Position numbers and translations under genes: made by a program
Notes under the pieces: model-generated
The model's input: only the letters and a program-made list of their open reading frames with translations
Told to the model about the DNA's origin: nothing
Databases searched by the model: none
Assembly: GCA_016839515.1 (NCBI GenBank)
Contig: JAEOUE010000119.1
Coordinates: forward strand, 1 to 30,026
From: Candidatus Hodarchaeum mangrovi
Lineage (GTDB): Archaea > Asgardarchaeota > Heimdallarchaeia > Hodarchaeales > Hodarchaeaceae
DNA length: 30,026 nucleotides
Direction: 5' to 3'
Shown: piece after piece, positions 27,547 through 30,026 of the stretch
Layout of the letters: each line of letters begins with the position of its first letter
Position numbering within the stretch: position 1 is the first letter of the stretch

Positions 27547-28311
27547 TCATTCATTCTTATTATTGAAGAGGAAAAGAGTAGCATAGTGAAGACATCCAAC
27601 AGCAATAATATATGTTGTTCCAATTAAAATTGTGTCTAATGGAGTCCCAATAGCATAGGTGAATCTATTGATTGCTAGGATCGCATCAGATATGAAAAAC
27701 ATTATTCCTCCACACGCTATTAACAATCGAAATATAAATACTCGTTCAGGAAATATAATAAAGTGAAAATTTGTCAGAAACACCATAAAACATAAGAGAA
27801 TAATATAGGGTATAATTACGAGTGTTACAAAGTCATTTGGATCGAAAAGAAGAAAGATATATAGAAAACTTGGGATTACAATCCAGAAGATCATAATTAT
27901 ACATAATTGAATCCTATTCCTATCTTCAAACCAGCTTTGAGGTGGCCAAACGTTTAAAATACCTGAAAATGAGAAAATATAGAGCATCTGAGCAACAAGA
28001 AAAGTTAACATTCCAACGATAAAATCTTCACGTATTAAGAAGTCAGCAAGACTACAAATAACCATAGCTACCGGCATAAAGTTCAAGAATCGTTGGTATG
28101 TGAATCCTTTCAGCTTCAACTGAGCTCTACTCATGTCAACAATTATAAATCTGATAAGAAGTGCAGAAAGAGTTACCAATAAGGAACTCCCTAAAAAGAG
28201 CTCAGGATATAAATTATTCGAAGTAAAAGCCAGTAAGATGCGTAAAAGTGTGAAGAGTAAGATAATAATCCCGATAATATATAAAATAATATAATTACGT
28301 GATATATTCAC
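27547..28311 (-). CDS. YhhN/TMEM86 (lysoplasmalogenase-like) membrane protein
   Basis: About 8 TM helices with SLADFL, GMLTFLVAQMLYI, PY..L..M, FFISDAILAINRF and TY motifs. Confidence 0.85.
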   Translation of the reverse strand: MNISRNYIILYIIGIIILLFTLLRILLAFTSNNLYPELFLGSSLLVTLSALLIRFIIVDMSRAQLKLKGFTYQRFLNFMPVAMVICSLADFLIREDFIVGMLTFLVAQMLYIFSFSGILNVWPPQSWFEDRNRIQLCIIMIFWIVIPSFLYIFLLFDPNDFVTLVIIPYIILLCFMVFLTNFHFIIFPERVFIFRLLIACGGIMFFISDAILAINRFTYAIGTPLDTILIGTTYIIAVGCLHYATLFLFNNKNE

Positions 28312-28342
28312 TTTACTAAAACCCTGAAATAATATTTCAGCA

Positions 28343-29818
28343 TTATCTATTTTTATTTATTTTTGGAACAAATATTCTTACAACCAAAAAAGTAGAGAGA
28401 ACTGTGATTAGTTGGAAACCAAATGTAGGGGAAGAAGTTTCAATTACTTGTTGTACAAATAGAAAATAGATAGAATGATGATCATTATCACCAGAGGGTG
28501 CATCAGAATAGACGATGAAAAAATTATCTTGGGAGTCAATAGTAATGCTAGGATCTGCACAATTGACACTATTTGCGTCAGAATGAATATAATTTACTTT
28601 GAGATTGTTTGAGAATTGTTTGTCACTCTGTGCATATGCATAATATATATCTCTGCAATAACCAGTATCGCTTACGAAGTTTCTAAAATCTTCCCATACA
28701 ATATGAACAGTTAAATCGCTATCAATTACAATCGAGGGCGAACCTTGGGCACCACGTGTGAAATGTGGATGTTCATCAGGAGGGGAAATATCAAGATCGT
28801 CATTGACACGGATATTAGAACCAAAGGACAGTCCATTGTCCTTAGAAACAGTATAATAAATATCTAAATATTGCGGTCCGTCCCCAGCTCTATTATCAGT
28901 CCAAACAACGTGGATACTTCCATCAGGTGATACAGAAACTTTTGTTCCTCCACAGTACCTTTGTGTGGAGCCATCATTGACTTTAATTGGTGTTTCAAAA
29001 GATAATCCACCATTCTGAGATTTTGTAAGGTAAACATTAGCAGAAATGGAATCTCGTTTTGAATAGACAACATAAAGGATATTATTACTATCAATTGCTA
29101 CCCACGGATGAGCAAATATTGTTTCAGTTTCCGTTGATTGGATAATAATAGGAGTATAGAACGTCTGTCCACCATCAAGAGAATTTGTAAATAAAATTTG
29201 GCAATCCGTGAAGCTACTACTAGTATATGAAAGCCAAGTAACGTAAATTTTTCCATGATTACTAATCTCAAGGTTAACTGTGAAAGGGAGCCATGGAGGA
29301 ACGTAATCAGTAGATGAATTACTAACTTTAACATCAGATTCAAAGGAGATTCCACGATCTATGGATTTATCGATATATACATTTGCTACTCCAGTTCGGT
29401 TATCTTTCCATGCGACGAATATATGACCATTGGTTTTGTCTATTGCTATAGCTGGGCTATCACATTGAACGGAAGTGCTTTCATTATCGTTAATCCTGAA
29501 ACTTTCACTCCAACTTTTCCCATAATCATGTGAATAGGCAAAATAAACATGAAAACTTACTAAATCATTGCTATTCTCTACCCAATGGCCTTGATAAGCT
29601 ATATAGACTCCACCGTTGTTATCTGTGGCAATAACAGCAAAAGAACCTTCAATCCCAGGGATCTTGATACTCTCTCCAAAAGAGTCACTAGTTTCACCTA
29701 GACTTTCTTCTCTAATTACCATCGTTGAGCTAAGGTCACCCTCAATGTATTGAAAACTAAAAATACAAATTAAAATGCTAATTAAAGCAAATGAAGTGAT
29801 AAAACGAATATATGCCAT
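28343..29818 (-). CDS. Secreted, membrane-anchored Asp-box (BNR repeat, sialidase-like beta-propeller) protein
   Basis: N-terminal signal peptide, five Asp-boxes (SHDYGKSW, SIDRGISF, SLDGGQTF, SQNGGLSF, SKDNGLSF), and a C-terminal S/T linker + FGF + hydrophobic helix + basic tail. Confidence 0.88.
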   Translation of the reverse strand: MAYIRFITSFALISILICIFSFQYIEGDLSSTMVIREESLGETSDSFGESIKIPGIEGSFAVIATDNNGGVYIAYQGHWVENSNDLVSFHVYFAYSHDYGKSWSESFRINDNESTSVQCDSPAIAIDKTNGHIFVAWKDNRTGVANVYIDKSIDRGISFESDVKVSNSSTDYVPPWLPFTVNLEISNHGKIYVTWLSYTSSSFTDCQILFTNSLDGGQTFYTPIIIQSTETETIFAHPWVAIDSNNILYVVYSKRDSISANVYLTKSQNGGLSFETPIKVNDGSTQRYCGGTKVSVSPDGSIHVVWTDNRAGDGPQYLDIYYTVSKDNGLSFGSNIRVNDDLDISPPDEHPHFTRGAQGSPSIVIDSDLTVHIVWEDFRNFVSDTGYCRDIYYAYAQSDKQFSNNLKVNYIHSDANSVNCADPSITIDSQDNFFIVYSDAPSGDNDHHSIYFLFVQQVIETSSPTFGFQLITVLSTFLVVRIFVPKINKNR

Positions 29819-30026
29819 CCTAAAGCATCTCTCTTTGGTTTGTCATTCATAGCTTTTTTAAGTTGTTATAATAGAGGTAAAAGCTCTTCTAGGTTCAAGT
29901 TTTTAACAATAACTGCATTAATTCATAGAAATATTACACATCTTCCTAAATTATACGGAGAATGAACATAGTATATGGATGAACAAATAGAGGAATAATA
30001 TTTTATCTAAAGTACAACCTCAAAAT

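Noticed and set aside
2165-29355. Short tracked ORFs overlapping real genes (2165+, 5150-, 7939-, 9609+, 10861+, 11760-, 13555-, 13950-, 16536-, 16618-, 17809-, 17957+, 20930-, 24259-, 26813+, 28864-, 29098-)
   Set aside because: They are antisense or alternate-frame shadows of well-supported CDSs and have no recognisable motifs.
28343-29818. Calling the Asp-box protein a true sialidase
   Set aside because: Asp-boxes are structural repeats, and I could not identify the FRIP motif or Arg triad in the sequence.
1-30026. CRISPR array, tRNA/rRNA, IS element or prophage
   Set aside because: I saw no regularly spaced direct repeats, GC-rich structured RNA-like segments, transposase/integrase genes or terminal inverted repeats by eye. 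A covariance-model scan was not possible.

Overview
AT-rich (roughly 30% GC by eye), gene-dense archaeal chromosomal window with about 33 CDSs and no recognisable rRNA, tRNA, CRISPR array or transposase. Several features point, by inference, to an Asgard archaeon (Heimdallarchaeia/Hodarchaeales-like): GGTGA-type Shine-Dalgarno motifs, TATA/BRE-like promoters, a TrmB regulator, a single-OB archaeal SSB and Rab-like small GTPases without prenylation tails. Most genes are accessory metabolism or transport: MBL hydrolase, crotonase, cNMP-histidine kinase, GH13 glycosidase, M29 aminopeptidase, ZIP transporter, extended SDR, HEAT-repeat alkylation-repair protein, DUF3795, TIM-barrel, FMN split-barrel, an ABC-2 exporter operon with a wHTH regulator, an MDR reductase, YhhN and an Asp-box surface protein. 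The most interesting signals are (1) an atypical kinase of the PI3K/PI4K/actin-fragmin-kinase/HipA superfamily (DRHNGN...IDFG) with a polybasic N-terminus, (2) three Ras-fold proteins in a graded series from canonical to cryptic pseudo-GTPase, (3) three dispersed TIGR04076-type Cys proteins, and (4) two stop-interrupted genes and two small ORFs missed by the ORF track. All family assignments come from motif recognition only; no searches were run.
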